From a virus, in the IMG/VR virus record IMGVR_UViG_3300045988_058324: a stretch of DNA of 52,936 nt; one strand, given 5' to 3'. Below are positions 8,725-16,746 of this stretch, in pieces. The notes under the pieces were generated by a model that did no database searches, was not told the DNA's origin, and saw only the letters and a program-made list of their open reading frames with translations. Each line of letters starts with the position of its first letter. The first letter of the stretch is position 1. A program made the translations under genes and the position numbers.

Positions 8725-8796
8725 AGCTCTTTCGCCAAGTGGTAAGGCACAGGACTTTGACTCCTGCATACGTTGGTTCGAATCCAACAAGGGCTG
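8725..8796 (+). tRNA. tRNA-Gln (anticodon UUG)
   Basis: Hand-folded cloverleaf. Acceptor AGCTCTT/AAGGGCT (one G-U), D arm with GG, anticodon stem CAGGA/TCCTG with loop CTTTGAC, T arm GTTGG-TTCGAAT-CCAAC, discriminator G. CCA is not encoded. Confidence 0.8.
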
Positions 8797-8798
8797 TC

Positions 8799-8815
8799 AA
8801 CCAGTTATTCTGGTT
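8799..8815 (+). terminator. Short hairpin after the tRNA followed by a T-rich stretch (weak terminator or processing site)
   Basis: AACCAG-TTATT-CTGGTT, then GGTGGGGGG and T-rich sequence from about 8827. Confidence 0.35.
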
Positions 8816-8881
8816 GGTGGGGGGAATTTTCCTTTTTTCTGTTTTTTACATAACAGATGTTTTTTGTCCTATTAATTAGGT

Positions 8882-8927
8882 TGGCTAATCGTTGGGATTT
8901 TAGGTGGTTCGATTCCACTCTAGTCAA
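8882..8927 (+). pseudogene. tRNA-like remnant: acceptor stem + T arm only (minihelix), lacking D and anticodon arms
   Basis: GGTGG-TTCGATT-CCACT T arm (8903-8919). The 3' acceptor CTAGTCA pairs 6/7 with TGGCTAA (8882-8888), including a G3:U70-type wobble. Discriminator A. Confidence 0.35.
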
Positions 8928-9028
8928 TTTTCCTACCAGTATATAAAATAATGGAATAAAGGCAGAATAAAGCTGGAAATATGCCTAAAAGATAAACAAG
9001 ACCCACACGATAAGAAAGGAGAAAAAAG

Positions 9029-9685
9029 ATGGGAAGAATTGATGTAAACGATATTGACAAATATTCAAGTGGTAATTCAAGCGAGTGGCTTAAATTACAG
9101 AATGATGGTGATGTGGCAAGAGTGCAGTTTCTATACGACAAGTATACAGATTTAGATGCATTCGTATGTCATAAGGTTAAGATTGGGGATACTGAAAGAT
9201 ATGTAGATTGTAAGCGAACATATGATGACCCATTGGATGCTTGTCCATTATGTGAAGCAGGTATTCCAATTAAACCAGTAATGATTCTAGCTATGTATGA
9301 CCACGCAGACGGAAAGGTTAAAATCTGGGAAAGGGGTAAGACATTCATTAAGAAGATTGAAGCCTTATTCAATAGATACCCTAATTTATCAAATATGGTT
9401 TTTGAGATTGAAAGAAGAGGTGCAAAAGGTGATAAGAAAACTCAATACGAGATTTTCCCAATGCCTGATGTAGAACCAGTGGATTTAAGTGAAATTGAAA
9501 AACCTGAATTTTTAGGTTCATTTATCTTGGATAAGACACCAGATGAAATGATGGCTTATCTTAATACTGGGGCTTTCCCACAGGAAGATAATAATAATGA
9601 TAATGTATCAGAGCGACGCAGAAATAATGAACCTATTAGACGTGAAGGTGATTCAAGAAGAAGTAGAAGAAGAGTATCTTATTAG
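9029..9685 (+). CDS. T4 gp32-like single-stranded DNA-binding protein
   Basis: GDVARVQFLY...CHKVKIGDTERYVDCKRTYDDPLDACPLC...GKVKIWERGKTFIKKIEAL parallels the gp32 Zn (Cys/His) module and OB-fold core. The C-terminal tail is basic (RRSRRR). Confidence 0.65.
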   Translation: MGRIDVNDIDKYSSGNSSEWLKLQNDGDVARVQFLYDKYTDLDAFVCHKVKIGDTERYVDCKRTYDDPLDACPLCEAGIPIKPVMILAMYDHADGKVKIWERGKTFIKKIEALFNRYPNLSNMVFEIERRGAKGDKKTQYEIFPMPDVEPVDLSEIEKPEFLGSFILDKTPDEMMAYLNTGAFPQEDNNNDNVSERRRNNEPIRREGDSRRSRRRVSY

Positions 9686-9695
9686 GAGTAGAAAT

Positions 9696-9965
9696 ATGAT
9701 AAAAGTTGAATTAAATAAAGTTAAAATAGAAGGTACTAAATTTATCATATTAGGTGAATTAAGTACAGTTATTTATGCACTATTTACAGCGGAAGAATTT
9801 GATGAAGAAGAAGTCAGAACAGCCATAGAAGTAGGAATGATTTCAGAAGAAGAGCTTAAAAAAAGGTCTGAAGAATTAGCAGAAGAACTGAAAGCCGATG
9901 AAAAACTTCGTGGCTTCAAAGAATTACTTGATACTATTTTCGATGGGAAGGATGCAGAAGCCTAA
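9696..9965 (+). CDS. Hypothetical acidic protein (89 aa)
   Basis: ATG 9696 after AGGAG, preferred to the overlapping track start 9597. The stop abuts the polymerase ATG. Confidence 0.55.
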   Translation: MIKVELNKVKIEGTKFIILGELSTVIYALFTAEEFDEEEVRTAIEVGMISEEELKKRSEELAEELKADEKLRGFKELLDTIFDGKDAEA

Positions 9966-12218
9966 ATGGCTCTTTCATTTGCACGAAAAACAGTTAAAGA
10001 TAAGAATATAATCAACAAGACAAGAAATGCTAAAACAAGGACATCCGTTCGCACAGGAACCAATTTAGCTTCACAAATTCAGACAATGACAATGATTGCT
10101 GAATCTAAATTGTCACATCATAAAGACGATTATATTCTTATCAGAACTGTTGAAGAATTAGAAGAATATAGAAAGGCTATAGCAGATGCCGAAGAATGTG
10201 CTATAGATACAGAAACAACAGGATTGAATCCTCTATTGATTGACTTGGTTGGTGTGTGTTTGTATGTTCCAGGAAAGAAGGCAGCTTATATACCTGTAGG
10301 ACATAAGTCGCACATCACAGGACAGAAGGTAAAGAATCAAATAGAAGTAAAGGATTTAATTGAGTTTTTTAATAAATTAAAAGATATAAAGTGGATATTC
10401 CACAATGCTAAATATGATATAAGAGTGCTTAGACATACATTAGGAATATATCTTAATCCTTATTGGGATACGCAGTTAGGTGCGTGCTGTATAGATGAAA
10501 ATGAAAGTCACAGACTTAAAGACTTGCATTTGAAATACTGTGATAGCACAGACACTGAATCCCTCACATTCGATAAGTTATTCGGAGGAATTACATTTGA
10601 TTTAGTTCCAATAAAGGTTGCTTATTTGTATGCAGCAGGTGATGCTATTAAGACTTATGAACTGTATCAATACCAAAAAGGATTATTGAATAGAAGAGTA
10701 TTATCAGGTCCTTATAATGTGTTCCAGAATATTGAAATGCCATTGATTACAGTCGTGGCTAATATGGAAGACAGAGGAGTATGTTTAGATTCTGAGATAT
10801 GTGAATATTTACACGAAAAATATCATAAGATTAAGGAAGAAAGACAGCAACAAGCAGACGAAGCCATAGCAATGTATAAGGAGCAGATTGATAACTATAA
10901 GATGAAAAATCCTAATCATAAGTTATCCGACCCTATATCATTAACGAGTCCTACACAGTTAGCTATTCTTTTTTATGATATTTTAGGGCTTACAAGTCCT
11001 GATAAGAAATCACCAAGAGGCACAGGCGAGGAAATATTGAAGCATTTTGCTAAAGGTAAAGAAAAGAACTTATGTGAAGCGATATTAGGAATCAGAAATG
11101 TGGATAAACTGCTCAATACTTATATAGACAAGATGCCACAGATTGCTCTTGATGATGGTAGAGTACACGCAAGCTATAATCAATATGGAGCTAAAACTGG
11201 GAGGTTCAGTTCTAGTGACCCTAACTTACAGAATATTCCATCACATAATAAAGAGATTAGAAAGATGTTCAAGGCTCAAGATGGATATGTATTAATAGGT
11301 GCAGATTATAGCCAGCAAGAGCCAATGGTTACAGCTCACTTGTCAAATGATAAGAAAATGCAAGATGCCTTTATTCACGGAAAAGATATATATGCTACAA
11401 TCGCAGGATTAGCTTTTCATAAACCTTACGAAGAATGCTTGGAATTCAGGGAAGATGGAACAGTAAATCCAGCAGGTAAAGAAAGAAGAACACAGGCAAA
11501 AAGCATTGTATTAGGTATCCTATATGGAAGACAGATTCCATCCATTGCCGAACAATTAGGCGTATCAACAAGAGAAGCTCAGGATATATATGATGCTGTA
11601 TTAAGAGCTTTCCCACAATTAGCTAAATTCATTGATGAATCACAAGGAATGGCTAAAGAGTTGGGATATGTGACTACTGCTTGGGGAAGACGCCGACACC
11701 TCAAGGATATGCAGTTAGACCAGTATGAGTTCAGCTATAGTGGGAATGTGACTAACTTTGACCCCTTGGCTTTTGGTAAGAGTGTTTCTGTTGAGGTTCC
11801 TGAAAACGTTAAAAAAAGTTATATTAAACAGCTGGAAAGAGCCTACGGCTGGCAGAAGAAAAATCAAATAATACAGCAGGCTTTATCGCAAGGAATCAAG
11901 ATAAAAGATAATGGTGGATATATAGCACAGGCTGAAAGACAGTGCGTAAATGCTAGAGTACAAGGTTCTGCAGCTGATATGGCAAAGCTGGCAATGATAG
12001 CAATTAATAATGATGAAAAGATGAAGGAATTAGACTTTCATTTATTGATACAAGTACACGACGAAGTCATAGGAGAATGTCCAGAAGAAAATATGAAAGA
12101 AGCAAGCGAAAGGCTTTCATACCTTATGCGAACAGCACCAAGCCATCTAATCAAATTACCATTCAGGTGTGACTGTGAAATTACTCGAAACTGGTATGGT
12201 GAAAGTATAGATTTTTAA
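9966..12218 (+). CDS. polA: Family A (Pol I-type) DNA polymerase with 3'-5' exonuclease domain
   Basis: Exo I AIDTETTGL, Exo II NAKYDIRVL, Exo III YAAGDAIKTYELY. Pol motif A GADYSQQEP, motif B RRTQAKSIVLGILYG, motif C LIQVHDEV. Confidence 0.92.
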   Translation: MALSFARKTVKDKNIINKTRNAKTRTSVRTGTNLASQIQTMTMIAESKLSHHKDDYILIRTVEELEEYRKAIADAEECAIDTETTGLNPLLIDLVGVCLYVPGKKAAYIPVGHKSHITGQKVKNQIEVKDLIEFFNKLKDIKWIFHNAKYDIRVLRHTLGIYLNPYWDTQLGACCIDENESHRLKDLHLKYCDSTDTESLTFDKLFGGITFDLVPIKVAYLYAAGDAIKTYELYQYQKGLLNRRVLSGPYNVFQNIEMPLITVVANMEDRGVCLDSEICEYLHEKYHKIKEERQQQADEAIAMYKEQIDNYKMKNPNHKLSDPISLTSPTQLAILFYDILGLTSPDKKSPRGTGEEILKHFAKGKEKNLCEAILGIRNVDKLLNTYIDKMPQIALDDGRVHASYNQYGAKTGRFSSSDPNLQNIPSHNKEIRKMFKAQDGYVLIGADYSQQEPMVTAHLSNDKKMQDAFIHGKDIYATIAGLAFHKPYEECLEFREDGTVNPAGKERRTQAKSIVLGILYGRQIPSIAEQLGVSTREAQDIYDAVLRAFPQLAKFIDESQGMAKELGYVTTAWGRRRHLKDMQLDQYEFSYSGNVTNFDPLAFGKSVSVEVPENVKKSYIKQLERAYGWQKKNQIIQQALSQGIKIKDNGGYIAQAERQCVNARVQGSAADMAKLAMIAINNDEKMKELDFHLLIQVHDEVIGECPEENMKEASERLSYLMRTAPSHLIKLPFRCDCEITRNWYGESIDF

Positions 12219-12237
12219 TTTTTTTTTAATTTTACTA

Positions 12238-12266
12238 TTTACATATGTATTACAATATGTTATACT
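12238..12266 (+). promoter_or_regulatory. Sigma-70-type promoter with extended -10 (conserved cassette, subfamily ii)
   Basis: TTTACA (12238-12243), 17 bp, TGT-TATACT (12261-12266). Nearly identical to the cassettes at 8378 and 20023. Confidence 0.65.
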
Positions 12267-12302
12267 GTATTCAGAAGTTAAAAAGAAAAGAGGTACAAAG
12301 AT

Positions 12303-12821
12303 ATGAAAATTTATGTGTCAAGAAAAGACGAAACAGTTAAGGTAAAATTAGTAGAGTACAATGAAAGATTTAATACCTATATGGTAGAATTTATCACAGG
12401 CGATAGAAAGGGTAAAACAACTTCTTTTTCAGCTTCTACAATGAAGCGGTGGTGGAAAGTGGTTGATGATTCTGAAGAAGTCATAACTAAAGAAGTTGTT
12501 AAAAAAGCCAAGACAACAAAGTCAACAGATGACATTTTAGATATGGTTGAAGAAATTTTAAAAAATTTGAGTATTGAATTTAAACGTTCTTCAAGATGTA
12601 TAAATGTATATTCAAATGGTGTAAAATTAGCTAGTATTTATAGACGAGTAGCTCGTGTGAGAATCTATATGAAAGTTAGTTTATTTACAAAGTTAGATGT
12701 TGATAGTGCTATATTTAAGTCTTCAATAATTAATGATGAAATTAATTTTTACATTGACGAAGACAACATTGATTTTTTATTAGAAAATCTTAATACTATA
12801 AGTAAGGAGTGTAAACATTAA
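12303..12821 (+). CDS. Hypothetical protein, first gene of the radical-SAM operon
   Basis: ORF track with an AGAGG RBS. No recognisable motif. ATGA-type junction with the next gene. Confidence 0.6.
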   Translation: MKIYVSRKDETVKVKLVEYNERFNTYMVEFITGDRKGKTTSFSASTMKRWWKVVDDSEEVITKEVVKKAKTTKSTDDILDMVEEILKNLSIEFKRSSRCINVYSNGVKLASIYRRVARVRIYMKVSLFTKLDVDSAIFKSSIINDEINFYIDEDNIDFLLENLNTISKECKH

Positions 12822-13960
12822 TGAATAATGACACATATAGTTGCCCAATGTTAATGACACAGCAGTTCAGGTTTTGTCCTAACCCTTTTAGAGTTGATTT
12901 ATATAAAGGTTGTGATTTTGGCTGTTTATATTGTTTTGCAAATAGTAATCAATCTGCAGGTCACGATGGTTTTGCTGTGGCAAAAATCAAAACGATTGAA
13001 AACCTATTTAAAAAAGCGTTTGAAAACTCAGGAACCAGTAATAATCTAACTGTTGAATTATTAAGGCATAAAGTCCCACTACATTGTGGAGGTATGTCTG
13101 ACCCATTTCAAACCAGAGAATGGAATCTTCACTTGACCAAACAGTTAATTGATTTAAGTAACAAGTATGAATATCCGATTTCATTTAGCACTAAGACAGC
13201 ACATTTACCTGATGAATATTTTGAAATATTAAACCCAAAACTTCACGCATTCCAAGTGTCAATTATGGGCTGGGACGATGAATATATTAGGAAATATGAG
13301 ACCAATACACCTACTGCTAAAGAACGCTTGAATTTCGTTAAAAAGTTACGAGATAAAGGATTTTGGTGCAGTATAAGAATTCAACCGTGTATAGACATAG
13401 AGCAGGCAAAAAAACTTGTCATACACGCAGGTAATATTCCTAGTTATATTACTGTTGAGCATTTAAAGATACCGAATGATAATACAGAAATAAAAAATTT
13501 ATTTAGAGAAGAATACCAAAGTAGTAATTTCTATAAATCTACTAATAATATGCGTAATATAGAAATGTATCCTACTGTTAAAGAAGATAATATCAAGATT
13601 CTAAAGGAAATAGCTAATGCTAACGGTGTATTGATTGGTTGTGGTGATAATGATTTACACCACTTATCACAGAGTAGGTGTTGCTGTGGTATAGATTTAG
13701 CAGGAGAAGCCTTCAGCAATTATTTAAAATACAATTTGACTTATATGGTGACAGGTGAATGTGAACCTTCGGAGCTTTGGTGTCCAAAATGTAATTGCAG
13801 GGATATATTTAATTCTCAGGTGCATAAAGGTCAAAAAGAACTTGATTATAAGGATATGGTAAACGAATATCTTAATAAGAATGAAAAATTAGTTTTAAAT
13901 TCTGAACACCCTGAGATTTCAAAGAAAATATTTGGTGTTTCAAGAAAGAAGTTATTTTAA
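12821..13960 (+). CDS. Radical SAM enzyme, SplB / DNA-repair-photolyase (COG1533)-like
   Basis: NPFRVDLYKGCDFGCLYCFA carries the CX3CX2C cluster in the context typical of the spore-photoproduct-lyase-like clade. Extra Cys clusters RCCCG and CPKCNC lie near the C-terminus. Confidence 0.75.
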   Translation: MNNDTYSCPMLMTQQFRFCPNPFRVDLYKGCDFGCLYCFANSNQSAGHDGFAVAKIKTIENLFKKAFENSGTSNNLTVELLRHKVPLHCGGMSDPFQTREWNLHLTKQLIDLSNKYEYPISFSTKTAHLPDEYFEILNPKLHAFQVSIMGWDDEYIRKYETNTPTAKERLNFVKKLRDKGFWCSIRIQPCIDIEQAKKLVIHAGNIPSYITVEHLKIPNDNTEIKNLFREEYQSSNFYKSTNNMRNIEMYPTVKEDNIKILKEIANANGVLIGCGDNDLHHLSQSRCCCGIDLAGEAFSNYLKYNLTYMVTGECEPSELWCPKCNCRDIFNSQVHKGQKELDYKDMVNEYLNKNEKLVLNSEHPEISKKIFGVSRKKLF

Positions 13961-13973
13961 GGGGGTGAATTAG

Positions 13974-14390
13974 ATGTCATTACTTAAAAGTGTAGTAAAG
14001 AAAGATTATATGGAAGGTGACACTAAATATTCTAGAAGTACATCTATACCACAGTATGAGATAAAGGGCGATAAGCCCCTCATTCAGGAATTATATAATA
14101 ATAAAAAGGTAATTGAATTACTAAGGCACATTAAGGAATCAAATGTGTCTGCGGAAGAAAAGCAATTCCTCACTATTGCAGCATATCGTCATTATGTTTT
14201 TAATTATGACAAAATAGCTGAATACTATCCACACGCAAGCAAAGAAATGCAAGAACTTATGGAAGAATCGGCACTTGTAATTATTGATATTGATAATGCA
14301 ATAAAAAATGGATATGTTAAATATAGTAAGCGTATTCAGCAGATTATTGAAGATTCCAAAAAAGCAAAGGAGGAATTTAATGAGAAGTGA
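13974..14390 (+). CDS. Hypothetical protein (138 aa) within the radical-SAM operon
   Basis: ORF track with a GGGGGTG RBS. No catalytic motif recognised. Confidence 0.6.
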   Translation: MSLLKSVVKKDYMEGDTKYSRSTSIPQYEIKGDKPLIQELYNNKKVIELLRHIKESNVSAEEKQFLTIAAYRHYVFNYDKIAEYYPHASKEMQELMEESALVIIDIDNAIKNGYVKYSKRIQQIIEDSKKAKEEFNEK

Positions 14391-15231
14391 TTTTGCCTGT
14401 TTTATCCTTTGCCACGGGAGACCAAATAATACCCCAACATTTGATACTCTACGAAAGTATGGGTACACTGGTGACATATATATAATCTGTGATGACGAGG
14501 ATAAAACATTACAGGAATATAAGAATATATATGGTGATGATATTGTAAAGGTCTTTAATAAATTAGATGTTTTGCAAAAGTTTGACACTATGGACTGCAG
14601 TGAAAATCGTGGATGTGCAGTTTACGCTAGAAATGCGTGTTTTGATATTGCAAAGGATTTAGGGATAAGATATTTTTGTGAGCTAGATGATGATTATAAA
14701 GAATTTCAATTACGATACCCTAATGAGAATAAATTAAAATTAGTTTATCCACGTAGCTTAGATGATGTATTTAGTGCTTATCTAGATTTTTATATAGAAT
14801 CTGGCGTCACAGCATTAGCTATGGCACAAGGTGGAGATTTTATTGGAGGTTTAAATGGCAATGGCTACAAAAAGAGAGTTCACAGAAAATGTATGAATAG
14901 TTGGTTTTGTGATGTCCATAAACGATTTTACTTTAATGGAAGAATGAATGATGATGTAAACACCTATGCATTGCTGGGTAGTAGAGGATACTGTTTTTTA
15001 ACCTTGGTTGATTGTATGATAAATCAGCCAGACACACAGACAGTTAAAGGGGGTATGACTGATATGTACTCTGGTGAAGGCACATATGTAAAATCATTTT
15101 ACACTGTAATGTGCTGTCCATCCTTTGTAAAAGTAAATATTATGGGTGATGGTCATTATAGAATTCATCATAATATAAATCAAAATAACGCCTATCCTAA
15201 GATAATATCAGATATATATAAAAAGAAATAA
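14380..15231 (+). CDS. Putative GT-A-like nucleotide-sugar transferase (function uncertain)
   Basis: ATG 14380 after AAGGAGG (the track start 14308 overlaps the upstream gene). N-terminal FILCHGRP...IYIICDDED strand-acidic pattern and FCELDDDY, a DxD-like motif. Confidence 0.45.
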   Translation: MRSDFACFILCHGRPNNTPTFDTLRKYGYTGDIYIICDDEDKTLQEYKNIYGDDIVKVFNKLDVLQKFDTMDCSENRGCAVYARNACFDIAKDLGIRYFCELDDDYKEFQLRYPNENKLKLVYPRSLDDVFSAYLDFYIESGVTALAMAQGGDFIGGLNGNGYKKRVHRKCMNSWFCDVHKRFYFNGRMNDDVNTYALLGSRGYCFLTLVDCMINQPDTQTVKGGMTDMYSGEGTYVKSFYTVMCCPSFVKVNIMGDGHYRIHHNINQNNAYPKIISDIYKKK

Positions 15232-15260
15232 AATTATAAAAATTTTAAGGAGGAAATAAA

Positions 15261-16352
15261 ATGAAATTAGCAACTCAAAGATTTAAAGAAGCAGTAAACA
15301 AAGCAACTAAAGGAGCATCCTTTAATAATTTAATTCCTATAACAGGAATGTTAGGTATTAAATTATCCGATGGAAAGTTGAGATTGCTTACAACAGATAT
15401 GACTAATACAATGTGTATTATCATTGACAAGGTGGCGGGAGACGATATGGACATTACAGTAGATGCAGATAAGTTTGGAAAGTTGATTGCAAAAACAACT
15501 TCTGAAGATATTGACTTATCTGTGAAGGATGATGTACTTTCTGTCAGAGGAAATGGGACTTATAAGATTCCATTGATTTCCGATGAAGATGGTCTTGTAT
15601 CTTTCCCTGATATTAGAAGCAATACATCCGAGACAGAAGATTGGTCAACAGTTAAGTTATCAAGCATAATGCAGGCTTATAATATTAATAAGTCAGCACT
15701 AGCTAAAACCTTAGAGAATCCAGCTCTTACAGGTTATTATTGTGATGATAAGGTAATCACTACAGATGCCAATGTTATTACATTTAATAATTTCAGAATG
15801 TTCACAGAAGAATTTGGTCCATTATTAATTTCAGCTCAACAGATGCAGTTATTAACATTATATAAGGAAGAAGATATTAAGGTTACAGTTGACCAAGAAA
15901 CAATCATATTCGCTACAGAATCACAGGTAGTTGAAGGAAGCCTTATGGAAGGAATTGAAGATTTTCCAGTGGAAGAAATTGGAGCATATTTAGATGTTGC
16001 TTTCACTTCATCTTGTAAGGTGCCTAAGGAATTACTCTTATCCGTATTAGATAGATTATCCTTATTCATAGAACCTTATGATAAGAATGGAGCTTATTTC
16101 ACTTTCGGTAGAAAGGGAATAAATATTCATAGTAAGAAAGATGCATCAACAGAGACTATTAACTATGTTGAAAGTAAGGACTTTGAACCTTTTGTTTGTT
16201 GTGTGGATATCCCAATGTTGAAAGAACAGTTACAGGCGTACCCAGAGGAAACAGTCAAGCTCTGGTATGGAAATGAAAATGCCTTGAAGCTGGAATGTGG
16301 AAAGGTCATTCAGGTCATTGCTCTATTAGAAGATGAAGGTCTTGCCAATTAA
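15261..16352 (+). CDS. dnaN: DNA polymerase III beta-type sliding clamp
   Basis: 363 aa. N-terminal pattern ...IPITGMLGIKLSDGKLRLLTTDMTNTM resembles DnaN (PIL..vll...dg.L.l.aTD). The genome also encodes tau/gamma, delta' and delta homologs. Confidence 0.7.
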   Translation: MKLATQRFKEAVNKATKGASFNNLIPITGMLGIKLSDGKLRLLTTDMTNTMCIIIDKVAGDDMDITVDADKFGKLIAKTTSEDIDLSVKDDVLSVRGNGTYKIPLISDEDGLVSFPDIRSNTSETEDWSTVKLSSIMQAYNINKSALAKTLENPALTGYYCDDKVITTDANVITFNNFRMFTEEFGPLLISAQQMQLLTLYKEEDIKVTVDQETIIFATESQVVEGSLMEGIEDFPVEEIGAYLDVAFTSSCKVPKELLLSVLDRLSLFIEPYDKNGAYFTFGRKGINIHSKKDASTETINYVESKDFEPFVCCVDIPMLKEQLQAYPEETVKLWYGNENALKLECGKVIQVIALLEDEGLAN

Positions 16353-16420
16353 TATAAGGATATGCTATAATATGAATTGACAAAGATTACCATTTGTTTA
16401 AATACTTTAACTTTTCTTGG

Positions 16421-16455
16421 ATAGGACCTCATTTTTAATGGGGTCCTATTTTTTA
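16421..16455 (+). terminator. Rho-independent terminator
   Basis: ATAGGACCTC-loop-GGGGTCCTAT (10-bp stem with one G-U) followed by TTTTTT. Confidence 0.8.
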
Positions 16456-16474
16456 ATTTTTTTTAATTTTACTA

Positions 16475-16503
16475 TTTACATATTGTAATACATATGTTAT
16501 AAT
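16475..16503 (+). promoter_or_regulatory. Sigma-70-type promoter (cassette subfamily ii, spacer core inverted)
   Basis: TTTACA, 17 bp, TATAAT. The 20-bp ACATATTGTAATACATATGT (16478-16497) is the exact reverse complement of the segment in the other three copies. Confidence 0.65.
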
Positions 16504-16550
16504 TTATACATAAGTTAAAGAAATACATTATAACATTGGAGGTAATAAAA

Positions 16551-16724
16551 ATGACAAGAGAAAAAAGAGAATTAGCAAAAAGAATTTTAGAAATAGGAAC
16601 ATTTCAAGAGACAACAGGAAGTGAAGTTTACAAAAATAATTTTTATACAATGCCTATGGGTAATTTAGTAAATATTCAGTATAAAAATGGTAAAATGTAT
16701 GATGTTATTAATTATGGAAGATAA
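16551..16724 (+). CDS. Hypothetical protein (57 aa)
   Basis: ATG 8 nt after GGAGG. The track start 16536 is a TTG inside the RBS. Confidence 0.5.
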   Translation: MTREKRELAKRILEIGTFQETTGSEVYKNNFYTMPMGNLVNIQYKNGKMYDVINYGR

Positions 16725-16746
16725 TGTATTAATTAAAGGAGAATAA

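Noticed and set aside
8725-8796. Suppressor tRNA / stop-codon reassignment
   Set aside because: The anticodon folds as UUG (a normal Gln codon reader), not CUA or UCA. All large genes are uninterrupted in the standard code.
8539-8800. Two minus-strand ORFs (83 and 68 aa)
   Set aside because: They run through the tRNA-Gln gene and the preceding + strand ORF. The tRNA fold explains this DNA much better.
8882-8927. tRNA 3' fragment as an attP core for integration into a host tRNA gene
   Set aside because: No integrase or recombinase gene was recognised anywhere in the genome, so there is no support for a functional attachment site. It is kept only as a relic or minihelix hypothesis.
8920-9141. 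73-aa minus-strand ORF upstream of and overlapping the SSB gene start
   Set aside because: It overlaps the RBS and 5' end of the well-supported gp32-like gene, has no RBS of its own and has a low-complexity hydrophobic sequence.
14139-14588. 149-aa minus-strand ORF
   Set aside because: It is antisense across the junction of two well-supported + strand genes in a tightly coupled operon, and no expression signals are present.
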